Source of the DNA: Amoebophrya sp. A120
Lineage: Eukaryota; Protista; Dinoflagellata
Length of the DNA: 64,000 nucleotides
Direction of reading: 5' to 3'
Assembly: GCA_905178155.1 (NCBI GenBank)
Contig: CAJINV010000003.1
Span: forward strand, 9,121,979-9,185,978
The notes under the pieces are model-generated. The model worked only from the letters and a program-made list of their open reading frames with translations, was not told the DNA's origin and ran no database searches. The position numbers were made by a program, and so were the translations under genes. This document shows, piece after piece, positions 24,086 to 35,464 of this stretch (within the stretch, counting starts at the first letter, position 1; each line of letters opens with the position of its first letter).

Positions 24086-26398
24086 TCACTGCCACACCCT
24101 GCCAAAGCGTCGCTGTTCCTTGACCAGACGGCAAACGAGGCCTTCGAAATTGTAGAGACGAGCGGCGCCCTTTTCACACTGTTTCTGGTCACACGTCGCC
24201 GGTGGAGAACGAGGCAGTTCTTGAAATATAGCTGTCACGGGAACATCGGCAAAAATCCGTGTGATGATGCCTAGCGCCGATGTGCTTCCGAACAGCAATG
24301 CGCGATCACGCACCGCAGCTTCTGGTTCTGGCTCTGCGTGAAGAGGCTTACAGTCTGGATATGGATGACTCAGACTCTGGTCAGTCTCGCAGTAAAAATT
24401 GTGTTCTCCATCAACGCAGCCCTCTTCTTTAATTTTCAAAAAAAACCAATTGGCTATGTGTGGACGCAGAGAGTGCGACGGAAATCGCAGTCCGACTTCC
24501 TCGCCGTACTGACTTTCAAAAAAGCGCAAGATGTCCCCAAACGTCCTAACATTCTCCAGGAGAACCACAGGCATTTTTCTCCGTCCCTCTTGCGTGCCAT
24601 CCGACGGCGAGATAGTCGAAACGCAGCGGCAAGACACGCGAGCAAACGAAGATATTGGTCTAGATGGCGGATCTATCAGATCCGCAAGATCTGTTTCTGT
24701 TTCACTTTTTTGCATGCGAAAAACCCACTCCCGCAAAGCTTCTCGCTCAATTTCTTCGCGTAACGTGTCTCCGAAAGGCTGGTATATTTTTTGCCAGCGC
24801 ACACTTCCGCCAGATTGCACTTCTGACCATTTGTCTTCCAAGCAGTATTCCAGTGCAGAGTCTATCCGCCTCTGAATCCACCTGCGAGTCTGTGTCCCGG
24901 GGGATGTTATATGTAGTTTCGAGAGCTCTTCCACCGTCCCGATGAGATACTTGTCCTTTCGAGGCCATCCCCCTGTTTGAAGATAATCGCCTCTGTCCGT
25001 GCTTCCACACACCAAGCCGAACCTTGGGACTACATCAGCGGGCTCTGTTACGCCTCCCCTAGCGCGGCGCTTTCTTCGCGGACGGCTACAGCGGAGCCCC
25101 AGTTCCGCTCGTTCTTCTGCGCAGGAAAAGTACTCTTCTCTTTTGTGGAGCACGAGATAGCGTCCTTCTTCGACCATAATCTCAAAGTGAAAGCGGACGC
25201 CGCCACCAGCATTTACATCACCCGGGAAGGTAGCGCGCCAGTATCCGCAAAAGTGGCGCATCTCCGAAGCCACAAGCGGCGAGGCACAGAGCAACGATAG
25301 CCACCGTTCAAAAAGGGCGTCGCGTGTCCTTGGCAGATACTCTTCTATGTTCGTTGATGTGCTTGGCGTGGTCTTTTTTGCGCCGAGTGAGAGACAGCAA
25401 GGGATACTGGTGCTGTTCTCTTCGGCGTTGGTGCTGTTCCCTTCGGCGTTACTGAAGACGTGCCCGAACCCCTCAAAGAATGCGGGACACTGCAAAAGGT
25501 TCCGCGGCTCGCCATTCGGGATCTTTACCAGAAGAGCCGGTCCGCTAGCGCTAGAGTGACCCGTTGCAAATGCGTCATGATCCGCACCGGAGGTCATCAG
25601 GCCTAGGTCACGCAGCACTGCTCGTACCATTCTGTCCTCCATCTCTGCTTCTGAAACTTTTATTTTCTCTTCCTCTTGTTCACCGTAGTGACAAGAATGA
25701 TCACAGCTCCGACCACTTTCACACCTGAGCAGTAGATCCTCCAGCCGCATGCCCACTGTAATGATGCGCAAATCGTCGTCCGCAGTCGACGCAAAACAGG
25801 TTGCGTGTAACTCAGGGGGTGAGAGGCGCTGTTTCCGAAAGTGTTTCATCCCGATCGCCGTGACTACTGCTGGCGCAACAGCAGCATCGGCGTATACTGT
25901 ATCAAATAGAAGCACTACAAACTGGGCTGGCCTGCTTTGGCAAGTCGCATCAGCTGCTGCAACGGCGGCACCGTGATCTGTGACATCCAAATCGAGTTCC
26001 GTCGTTGAGAAATCTTGGCTATTTTTATCGGCGTTGTTGCCGTCTGCAACCTCGTGTCGTTCATAATCACCTCCCAATCCGAGTACTTTCGATGTGTTCC
26101 TTCGCACGAACTCGTAAAGAGGCCGGCTAAATTGCTGGGTGTGGAAGGGCCAATACCCGCCATGTGTCCCGACCTCCTTGCCCATGCGTTGCAGGCGTTC
26201 ATGCCACTCCAGATCTTCGAAATACGACGGCACCGCTATCTCATGTACGCCACAATATACAGAGTACAGCACCACACTCGCTGGTGTCGTCTCGATGGCC
26301 TTCATGTCAATATGCCAGTCCGGGCGCGGCACATCGATGTCGTGTTGGTGCACCTCTACAAACGCCATTCTAAACACCGCACGGTCGCGCTCGCGCAA
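24086..26398 (-). CDS. Hypothetical protein (770-aa ORF; 5' exons may lie upstream)
   Basis: Long stop-free frame with protein-like composition on the same strand as all neighbours. No motif recognised. Confidence 0.6.
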   Translation of the reverse strand: MRERDRAVFRMAFVEVHQHDIDVPRPDWHIDMKAIETTPASVVLYSVYCGVHEIAVPSYFEDLEWHERLQRMGKEVGTHGGYWPFHTQQFSRPLYEFVRRNTSKVLGLGGDYERHEVADGNNADKNSQDFSTTELDLDVTDHGAAVAAADATCQSRPAQFVVLLFDTVYADAAVAPAVVTAIGMKHFRKQRLSPPELHATCFASTADDDLRIITVGMRLEDLLLRCESGRSCDHSCHYGEQEEEKIKVSEAEMEDRMVRAVLRDLGLMTSGADHDAFATGHSSASGPALLVKIPNGEPRNLLQCPAFFEGFGHVFSNAEGNSTNAEENSTSIPCCLSLGAKKTTPSTSTNIEEYLPRTRDALFERWLSLLCASPLVASEMRHFCGYWRATFPGDVNAGGGVRFHFEIMVEEGRYLVLHKREEYFSCAEERAELGLRCSRPRRKRRARGGVTEPADVVPRFGLVCGSTDRGDYLQTGGWPRKDKYLIGTVEELSKLHITSPGTQTRRWIQRRIDSALEYCLEDKWSEVQSGGSVRWQKIYQPFGDTLREEIEREALREWVFRMQKSETETDLADLIDPPSRPISSFARVSCRCVSTISPSDGTQEGRRKMPVVLLENVRTFGDILRFFESQYGEEVGLRFPSHSLRPHIANWFFLKIKEEGCVDGEHNFYCETDQSLSHPYPDCKPLHAEPEPEAAVRDRALLFGSTSALGIITRIFADVPVTAIFQELPRSPPATCDQKQCEKGAARLYNFEGLVCRLVKEQRRFGRVWQ

Positions 26399-27377
26399 CC
26401 CCTAGGCGTACATAGACATATGTAACCCTATCTGCTTGTCAACACGTTCAGACTTCTTCACTCTAAGCTTTAGCCTGTCCCTTATCGGCTTCTATTCTGA
26501 TTCTTCTACGACTACGTCCCTGGAGTCTCAATATATTTTGTAAGGTAACTGGTGCCCTGCTTGGATCGATGCGGCTGAAGAAGTGGCGTCGTTTTGCGTT
26601 CCTTTCTCATTCTGGGCATCTTGCTGTGCCACTTTTGCTATTTGTCGCCCAAGATTTCGGCAGAGAGCGGTGGATCGCGAGAGCCTCTCAAAGCGAAAAA
26701 GTTGAACTAGAACTTGATTGTTGTGGTCATTTGCATTCGTCCGTTTTTGTACTTTGGATCCTGTCAAGTGGTCGAGAACGAAAATGCCTGTGAAAACCAA
26801 AGAGAACAGCGGTATGGGTCAAACATCAGCGGTACTCGCGAGGGACCACGACCACGCGACGTCAATCTCAACATCCGACTGAACAATATTCTTAGATGTA
26901 GTTGTACATAAATCATGACACTGCGCGAGTAGATTGCAGTTTGAAATCCGATTTATTCGCGAACAAGGAGCAAGGCGTCGAATTCCTGGCGGAAATGAAA
27001 CAAAGAGCCCCTGCTGTGTCGGCACAAAGTCACATCTTCTATTGCCCGATCATACCACCATCGCTACGTCTCTTTTCGGCGAAAGGGTGAGCGTTTTAAA
27101 ATACATGAAATGAGTGGCGCACATCAGTAGTACGGACGGCCACAACGCGATGAACATATGTGTGGATATTGTAGCAAATGGCAGAATCGCACCTCAAATC
27201 TGAAATCTGACTCTCCGTCTCCGGCACGGAGGACACATCAAATGATAGTACAGAGATTTCACGTTCCATCTGTTACTTACATACTGTACTAAGGAAGCGA
27301 AGCCGAAGGTCCTCGTCAGTTCGTACGATACATACGAAAGAATGAAAAAGATTTTATCTTAGTTTGAATTTGTTGAT

Positions 27378-28365
27378 TCATGTGAATTTCATTGCGGGTT
27401 TCGGCGACCCGAGCGTGGAGCTACTCCGAGACAGGCTCCGCCGAAAGTTTTCCATGAAGGGGCCCTGCCCGGCTTGCGAAACTACCGGCTTGGCCTGCGG
27501 CAATCTCGTCTCGGGCTCATCGGAAGTCCGAACTACACCCGAGTTCACCTGTGGTTTCTTGGCTTTCCCGACGGACAGCTCATAACTCACTGCATGGATC
27601 TGCCCGGACGAAAGGAACGGCTCTATCACTGCGTTGCATTGTCGCTGCATTTCCACACGTCCCAACCCTGCAAAATCTTCGCTCACTATTCGGACACCGA
27701 TCTTGGGAGCTTCGCAAGTGCCTGAAGAAGAAGTAAGAGACAGAAAGTGTAAGTCTCGCTTTGCCTCTTGCTGTCAATAGTAAGTGCTCAATCTACACAC
27801 CACACAAGAGGAGAAACCAACATCATGTCTGCCAGCTTCTTTTAGGTGAGCGAGTAACTAACTAACTGTCAGGTGAGCAAATAAGAAGAAATCACAGCAG
27901 GGGCCACAAAATCAAAATCCTTCTGAAGGTTTTTGCAAAGTCGCCTCTTTTCTCCACGCTTGCTCAGTGCCCTTCGGAGAGAACCGTACTTCCTAGGTGT
28001 AGCGGATCTTCTGAAGGGAGATAGTACATACTGAAACTTTCGAACGGACCTGGCTTACCTGCAGCATAATCTTTAATGTCAATCTAAACATCTTCAAGCT
28101 CTACGTCTCAAAACGTACCTCCGAGGTCATGCACTTCAATGACGGTAGCTTTGTTGTATCGCTGTCGCAACCTCTTCTCAATCTGTTTGCAAATGTCGTC
28201 CTCTGCCCAACTGTCGTCGAAGGGGGAGCCTCGACGGGCCCGTCCACGCTGCTTTCTACGTAGGAAAACGTAGTATCCGCCAATAATCAGTGCCGCTGCT
28301 CCGACCGTCACGAGTACAAGGTTGGACCCACTGTTTCCCTGCTGCGCAGTCGCACGACTCGTCAT
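27378..28365 (-). CDS. BolA-family protein with N-terminal transmembrane anchor, 2 exons
   Basis: GT-AG intron 27722..28118 yields IEKRL…IEVHDLGGTCEAPKIGVRIVSEDFAGLGRVEMQRQCNAVIEPFLSSGQIHAVS. N-terminal LVLVTVGAAALIIGGYYVFL followed by RRK. Confidence 0.75.
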
Positions 28366-29198
28366 ACTTCTGGATGATGGAGGATAGCCTCTATAAAAAC
28401 TAGCTATGTTGAGAAAGTGCAGCAGCTACCAAGATCAATCTAAGCGCTATCTTAGCTGAATCTGAAAAAAAATCAATCGCTGCTCGTATCTTAGTCTTCA
28501 AAATCGCGCCTGTGCAAAAATCTTTGATTCACATTATGATATCAATCTGCAGGTGCAAGTATCAGAAAATTACATAAGTAAATCTATAACAAGGCTAGGG
28601 TGGCGGGGTCCTGCGGATCTATGATCATGAAGATATGAATATGGTCAGTCCGAGAGGCTGTCAAGAAGCTGCCAGCGACAGGAAATCGTCTTGCAATTAT
28701 CTGCATCCGATGAACGAATTACACAATCTTCAAGATGATGTGGATGTTGTACGAAGGATTAGTACAAAAGCTTTTACTCACGAACGCATCCTGAAGCACT
28801 ACACCGATTAATCATGCTGATGCTACTAAAATATCAACCACCGACTTCCGTTGTGGATCAAGCTTACCGCGAATCTTTATATCACGAGCCAGTGCGCACA
28901 GCACCTTGATATGTTTATATCCTGATGGATCTACTTCACTTTCTGAAAGTCAAAAGTGGAAAGCAAGTTTCTTTATATGCTCACTAGCATGCCGTCCTGA
29001 GATAGGGAGCTCTAGCACAGGACAAGTTCCTGCTGCGCAATAGCTGAAAAACCCCCACAAGTAAGAACAGACGAATTAGTGCCTGCGAGGGAATAGATGG
29101 CGCAGTGGTTTCTCTTCTTTTTCAAATTTCCAGTGTCAATCAATATACAAGAATGATATTTACACTAAGCTGCATATCGCACTTACGGAAAAGTTGCA

Positions 29199-32064
29199 TC
29201 AAAGCGGAAAGATCTTTCCTACGATCGTCGTTTCGTGCTTCGTATTCGCGAAAAGATGATGCTCAGCATACCATCCCTGAGTTTGTGGTTTGCCACGGTA
29301 ACTCCCAGTTCTCTCGCAGCTTTTCGTCATCATGCCTTCCATCTGCGCGAGGTCGTTATTCTTGGTAAGCCTCTGCATTCGCTCCAGCAAAGCTTTCTTG
29401 CGGAGAGCGAAACGAGACTGACTGCAACGGATTTTTATGGTGAGCACAAAGCAACAGCCATACGCTGGATGAAAAAAAGGACGTGCTTGCTCGAGTAAGT
29501 CTAGTGCTTTTTCAGGCTCACAATTGGCGTCGCACACGTACAGCACGCAGCTCTTTCTCCGCAGCAGATTTGCCCCTTCGCAATCATGGCTGCTCACCTG
29601 CTGAACTCGAGCAGCGACGGAAGACGAAGAGGACCTCTTGCTTCCTATGTGAGCTTCAAAATCGCCTTTTTGCTCCAATTCATCTTCGGCATCAAAGCTA
29701 CTCGTCTCATCGTCATTATCATCTTTGCGGCACCTGTGAGTAACATTTTCTGGCTCCCCCAGACTCGTGCCGCGTTCGAAGAGAGCAGTCAATTCCTCGC
29801 CACGTGCCACCTGACTCGGGCTTCCCGAAAAGTCATTCACGTCGCCGGCCGGCGGCGACCCTGACATCTGCGTGGCAACGTCGTCTGCCGTAGACATCGT
29901 GGAACATAGTGACCGAGAAGAACTCATAAGGCCCGAACTGCAGTATGTGCCTGACATTAGCAACTTCGCTCGGTCGAAGAGGTTTTCCGCCTTGTCTTTG
30001 ATGTGCAAAATTTTTTCGCCTGACTGTGCCAAGACGCTCGGGTCTAGTGCCGCCGGATCGACTGCGAGAACCACCAGTTTCTTGTGTGGGCTGTTGACGA
30101 ATACTTTTCCCAAAACGTGGCTCCATCCTCCGGGTGCTGCTCCGACATCGAGAGCCACGAGGTGTTCCTCTTGTTCCATATCTTTCTGCAGTAGTATGAG
30201 CGTGTCAGGCTGTACTTAATCGGAACAGGTGTTACTTATTCAGACATATGAATTTAGCTGAAGAAAATCACTTTCACTAATCATCACCTGGATCAGGAGC
30301 GCGTCCTGATCGTTTACTGGCGTAACCAAACGTGGAATACTGTATCTGTACTGGAGTCGATTTAGTAAAACCTGACGCTCTCATAACTACTACTCCGGAA
30401 TCTTGGTCCTGATGTTCTTGTAGTTCATGTTCGCAATTATTGCACCTACGCCCAGCATTGCCCACCTCACTGCCAGATCGAAGAGCCGGGCTTTCAAGCA
30501 AGCCTGCGCCTGCAGACATATCCAAGGACAAGCCGACTTCTCGCATCACGTCTTGGAGGTCAGGAGGCGCATCGTTCCATGATTTGTGAGACATAGGAGC
30601 TTCTCCCGACCTTGCAGTCCCGCTGTGATAGAGCAGACTGTCGACCGAGGTTGGGACAAGACGCCGCCAAATCGACTCCTGCAGCTTCCAGGCTGCGGTA
30701 CACGGTGCAGTCCCGTTTTCGCGCTCGGACAGGTTAAACCATGGCTGGTTCCATCCAAACCAGAATAATCCGTCGGCATAGACACACACATCCACTAGCG
30801 CAGTGCCGCCACTTCGACGACTATAATCCTCGCACAACGACCGTTCGAAAGACCGCGGAAACGCCACCAAGCCATTGCCCGTTGCACCAGGGCTCGCCGC
30901 ACCAGCATCAAGCCCCTTCGTCGAATGTCTCTGTCTCTCGTTCTGCTCTTGCTGAGCTAGCAAATATCGCTGAGCTGTCCGGAGCGACACGGCCGCTTTC
31001 GGCATTGGCGCGGCACCTCCATAACAGCTGTCGCTGTCAGCATCTTCTAACCGATTCAAAAAATACACCCGCCGCACTACCGAACGCAAATAGCAGGGGA
31101 ACATATGCTCTACCAGTCGCTGCCGCATTACCCGTGGTATCTGCTTCGCGGCTGCATGCATCAACACATTATGCAGAGGTCCCAACACTTGGCACCAAAA
31201 CCAATTCGAAACCGGCACGTGAATCAACCGATCCTGGTTGAGCTGCGCTGCAACGCTCGCTCTTTCCCCTCGCTGATGCATCTCATCGAAGTTGTTCAGA
31301 AACTCAAGAAGGCGCGAAGTGCAGTCTCCCAGACACTGAAGGATGGCCCCGGTTTCGCACACAGACGAGCCGGCTCCTTCTTCTCCGTCCAGTTGCTGCA
31401 GCGCCGCTTGCACATTCGGTGGGTGGAACATGGCGCTGGCACTTCCTTTGCCGTCCCGGAACATTCCATCGTTCCACTTTTCCAGTACCTCCACGCCCAC
31501 AGAATGTACCTCAAGGTCGAGCGCGGGCCGCATCGGACGCTGGCTTTTAGTTTTACTTTTAGAGCCAGCTTGTATAATGTCGTGCTGGTTGTGCTTGTCG
31601 CTCTTCCCTTCAGCGTTGTAGCCTTGTTGCAGTGGCTCTGCAGCTGTCCGGAGTTGCTTCTCCTTGACCCTCCCGCTTTGCTCGCTTTTTTCTACTACTT
31701 GTTGTTCGTCGATCAGCAGGTTCATCTGAGTCGCAGAACAAGCTAAGGCTGAGCCGACACCCTCCCCGCCCGTCTTCAAGCAATGCTTTGCGGTTGTACC
31801 ATCAACATGCAACACGTCCCCGCGCTGGATAGCCGAAAAAAAACACTGCAGTCTCTTTACGCTCCCACGCACCTCAGTAGTTCGCAAATCATCCTCGCCA
31901 TCCTTACAACTTATTGCGTCGAAAAGTATAGAAAGATGGACCAGCTTGATCGGCGTGCGCTGTTCGACGTCGTTGTCTTCGGTCTGTGCCAGCCCCTCGA
32001 TGAAGACGCGGTTCTGCGCAGTCATGGCCCGCTTGGACAACACCCGAACGTGCACTACTGCCAT
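29199..32064 (-). CDS. RlmM/FtsJ-like SAM-dependent RNA methyltransferase, 2 exons
   Basis: TAAWKLQES, ALDVGAAPGGWS, VLAVDPAALDP, YVCDANCEP, FVLTIK and HLFANTKHETT give the K-D-K-E type layout. Intron at about 30187-30350, donor uncertain. Confidence 0.75.
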
Positions 32065-33846
32065 TTTGATCTCCTTGGGAACCAGATCTCGCCGGCTGCC
32101 GTGCTGTGGTCCCGATAACTACTACAACATTGAGATCATGCTACTTATACTTGTTGAGTATTCTTGGATGGTCGATGCCACAATAGGATAAACTAAAGAA
32201 TCTTTAACCTGTTTGTATCAAAGATTCAGGGAGAAGGAGGAAGTCATTTTTTTGAGTAGTGCCAACAATCGCCGTCTGAGCGGAAGTAATGAGCTCACGT
32301 TGTTTTTTTGTTTTGCCTAGTAGCAGTGCCTTTGCTTTTTGGATCAGCCCGGGCAGGCCTGATACCAGGTTGCGGCGGACGCTTTGCCTTTCGGGCTGCA
32401 CTTTCTTTTTGCTTATCGAAAAGTCGCAACTTTTCGTTTTCGCCTGCTCAACGCATTAGAAATTATGGCCAGGCAGCTTCTGACCCAGAACCTCCCAGGG
32501 GATGTTGCCCAAAATAATGCCCACGACATGCAGACCCGCCGTTTTCTTCCCGAAGGCGCTTTTTCCGCGTCTCGGTCTGACCAGAATCTAAGGCCGTTGG
32601 TGCCTCACAGGGGCATCGCTTCTAACGCGTCCCCTGTGTCGTTTTCATAAAAAAGTGGCCCTTGTTTAACAACAAGCCCAAGGCTGCTTGGAACTTGTTG
32701 AATCGTGCTATCAAAAACGCAGACGGCGCTTTCCTTCGGCTCCCTAAAAACTGCCGGCTTTTTGCTTTCGAGATGCCAGAAAAGCCGCCCGAGAAGCACG
32801 CGCGTGACGTCAAGCGCTGCGGTATGTTTCCTTCTTCTACTTGCCTCAAAATTTCCTTTCCGCAACTGAAACATTTGAACATTTTGTAAGGTATCTGACC
32901 TAGTTGCGTCTGTAGCAACTGCTGATCTTTGTCTTCCCGATCGCGATCCTTATTTTGTAAGCTTCATCTTGGAATCATAGATATAGCATCCATAGCATAG
33001 CATTAGGTTTGGCGTCTCGAAGCTTTAAGAGTGCAGCCGACTCTTTCATGAACTTAAGATGGCCCACGCATATTTCATTCTGATCTCTATCTCTTCAACA
33101 CTTTCGCGGCACAGAAATTGAATCTCCACCGACATCAACCCTATGAACTTTCATTTCACGATACTCAGGAGATTCGACGATCCACCACTGCAGTTATGCT
33201 CTGCGAAAAAGATCGATACGGAGGATCCTGCGTGCTCCACGCAGAGGAGGCCTCAACATACCCAAAAATTGTAGCATGCCGGGTTCAAGATGAAGAAAAG
33301 AAATCCAACAAAAAGGTGTGGCCACAGAAACCTCCTTTCTCCGACGAGATTCTGATTCAGAGTCAGATCGCGATCGGCAAAGCGTATCGCAACGAGTCGA
33401 GGACAACAAAAAAGAAATTTAATGAATATTTTTTTTCTTACAGCAGATGTAGCAGTACTATCCATCAAAAAAACACTTTTTGTTTTTGCGGTGCAAGTTC
33501 GGTTGAGGTTGCAAAGATTCAATACGGGGAGGTGTCCAGGAGACACGCGACAAACTGCGGGCAGGAAGCAGAGGATCCCTTATGAGCATGTTCAGTAGCG
33601 ATCGTGCGCTGGGACGTTCGTCCTCGAGGTACGAAATCTGGCACTACTCAAGGCAGACATGCCCAATTAGAGTCAGCTCACATGAGAAGTCCGGGTATTT
33701 CTCTGTTCTGTTGCAGCGCCGGATCTTGGCAGGCTTCTTCCACGACCACTCGGCGTGCTAGGAAGTAGATTAAGCGCCGCAGCTTCGGTCGAGGAAAGAA
33801 AGCTTGACTTCCGGAACCGCAATAAATTGCTGGACTTTATGTTTTT

Positions 33847-35464
33847 TCAGTGCGTCTGCACGAGGTAGAGGTACATGGTGTACTGCACCAACAAGCCGAC
33901 AATTGATCCAGCAATGGTGTCTTCAATCCAGTGGCAGACGTAAAAAACCCGTGCAAACGCCACCATTGGCAACAGCAGGTACATGCCCGACACGTAGCCA
34001 CCGAACACGCAAAGGAAGAAACCGAAGTTTGCAGCTTGTGTTGTGTCGCCCGAGGGAAAGCTGTACTTGCTCTTGTACAGGTTCGGAAACTTGAAGTGCC
34101 GTCGCCAACCGGAAGAAGCGAGAGACGCGATCGGACTGCGTTTGCCGCTCGAGGACCCCGCGCCGCCGACGTACCAGTTGTAGTCCGGCCGCGGGCTACG
34201 AAACGAAAACTTCAAGCACTCCGTGACGATCAGTGTCACCAGCGAGGTCAGCATGTACCTGGGAAGCGAGGTGCGTTTTTTTTTTTCGGTAAGCCTTTTT
34301 TCAATGGTGCGCGCCTCGATGATGAGTGTACAACTACTCTTGCAGGCGGTTTCTTCGCAGTCACCTCTACGCTTCTGAAATCTTTAATCAACAAAAAAGG
34401 CAAAGTAACCTCGAGAAAGTGTCGACTTACCATCTGTAAAAGTGACCTCCGACAAAGGCGCCATTGAGAAGGTAGCGCATCTGTGCTGCTTGAGGGCTGA
34501 TATTTGTCATTGCCCCATCGTGCGCAGGATCGCCTCCCGTCCAGAAGTCTCGATATATTGCCCTACCGTACCTGCGAAAGCATAGAGGAGAGCAAAAGTT
34601 AGAGACAAATACTACATGGAATAAATTACTTGGATTCAATTTTATTGCCGACCATCTTTTCGAGCTCTTTTTGCCCGGCCCGCTCGGCGGAACGGAGCCC
34701 CCGCGGCTCATTGAAGCCACAAAAGAAAACAAGTACATGCTGTGACTGTTCTATCGGAGACACCGAAAAAATAAGCTATTATTTGTTTCTCACCTTCCCG
34801 TCCAAGCTGCGTATGAGGATGAGGAGTGATCCCCCGTGGGGACATTGTTGATACTTTCCGGCTTTTCCACCTTCAAGTCGAACAGCAGGTACACCAGGCA
34901 GAGCGACCACACGAAAAACACCGGGTTAAAGGCGACACCGGCGAGAAACAGGGGAATATCAAATGTAAAAATGTCTGGGTCTGGAAAAGTGGAACTTGTG
35001 ATGCGAGTTGCAGATCATACAAGAATCTGTGTTGCATGACTTGCAAAAGGTGCCCACTTCTGGCCATCCTGAGAGGGCATTTCTCATGCAGAATAGGCAT
35101 CACCAAGAGGCTGGGGAACCTGTGATGCTAGGACCTGCGTTCCAGACTTGGGGTAGCTTGGAAAAACTGCATGACAAATTTCCTAATCTTCCAGACCCAG
35201 ACATCTTTGCATTTGATAGGGAACCTCCTGGACCCACTGGCGAAAGCCCCGAAAGCTGTGCACCGCGGCATTGGTTCGTTGCAGGCAGCGACACAGCGTC
35301 CAGCTGTCGCTGGGTACAGGAGCAGCCTGGTGCGGTAAAAACTTCCAGGTCTTCAATGGAAAGCTTTCTTCTACCAAGTTGCTGGAGGTCGACCCGGTGG
35401 ATCGACTGCTGTTGCGATCGTGCTCTGTTGATGGCGTGATCGTTGTATGCGTCACTCCGAGCAC
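33847..35464 (-). CDS. PAP2-superfamily membrane phosphatase (start not resolved)
   Basis: Motifs KFSFRSPRP, YSFPSGD and ARVFYVCHWIED with hydrophobic helices. Two GT-AG introns and one TIR intron. Confidence 0.8.
34957..35218. mobile_element. Introner in the PAP2 gene
   Basis: Arms TATCAAATGTAAAAATGTCTGGGTCTGGAA / rc TATCAAATGCAAAGATGTCTGGGTCTGGAA. GGGAA at 34952-34956 and 35219-35223. Excision gives WVQEVPLFLAGVAFNP. Confidence 0.92.

Noticed and set aside
30291-30311. 8-bp hairpin GATCAGGA/TCCTGATC
   Set aside because: An isolated stem near an intron in a eukaryotic gene. There is no basis for a terminator or element call.
32200-33750. Short minus-strand ORFs between the methyltransferase and PAP2 genes (similarly 6200-6600, 10400-11150, 36000-36550 and 39000-40300)
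   Set aside because: These may hide small exons, but no motif or consistent splice path could be built.
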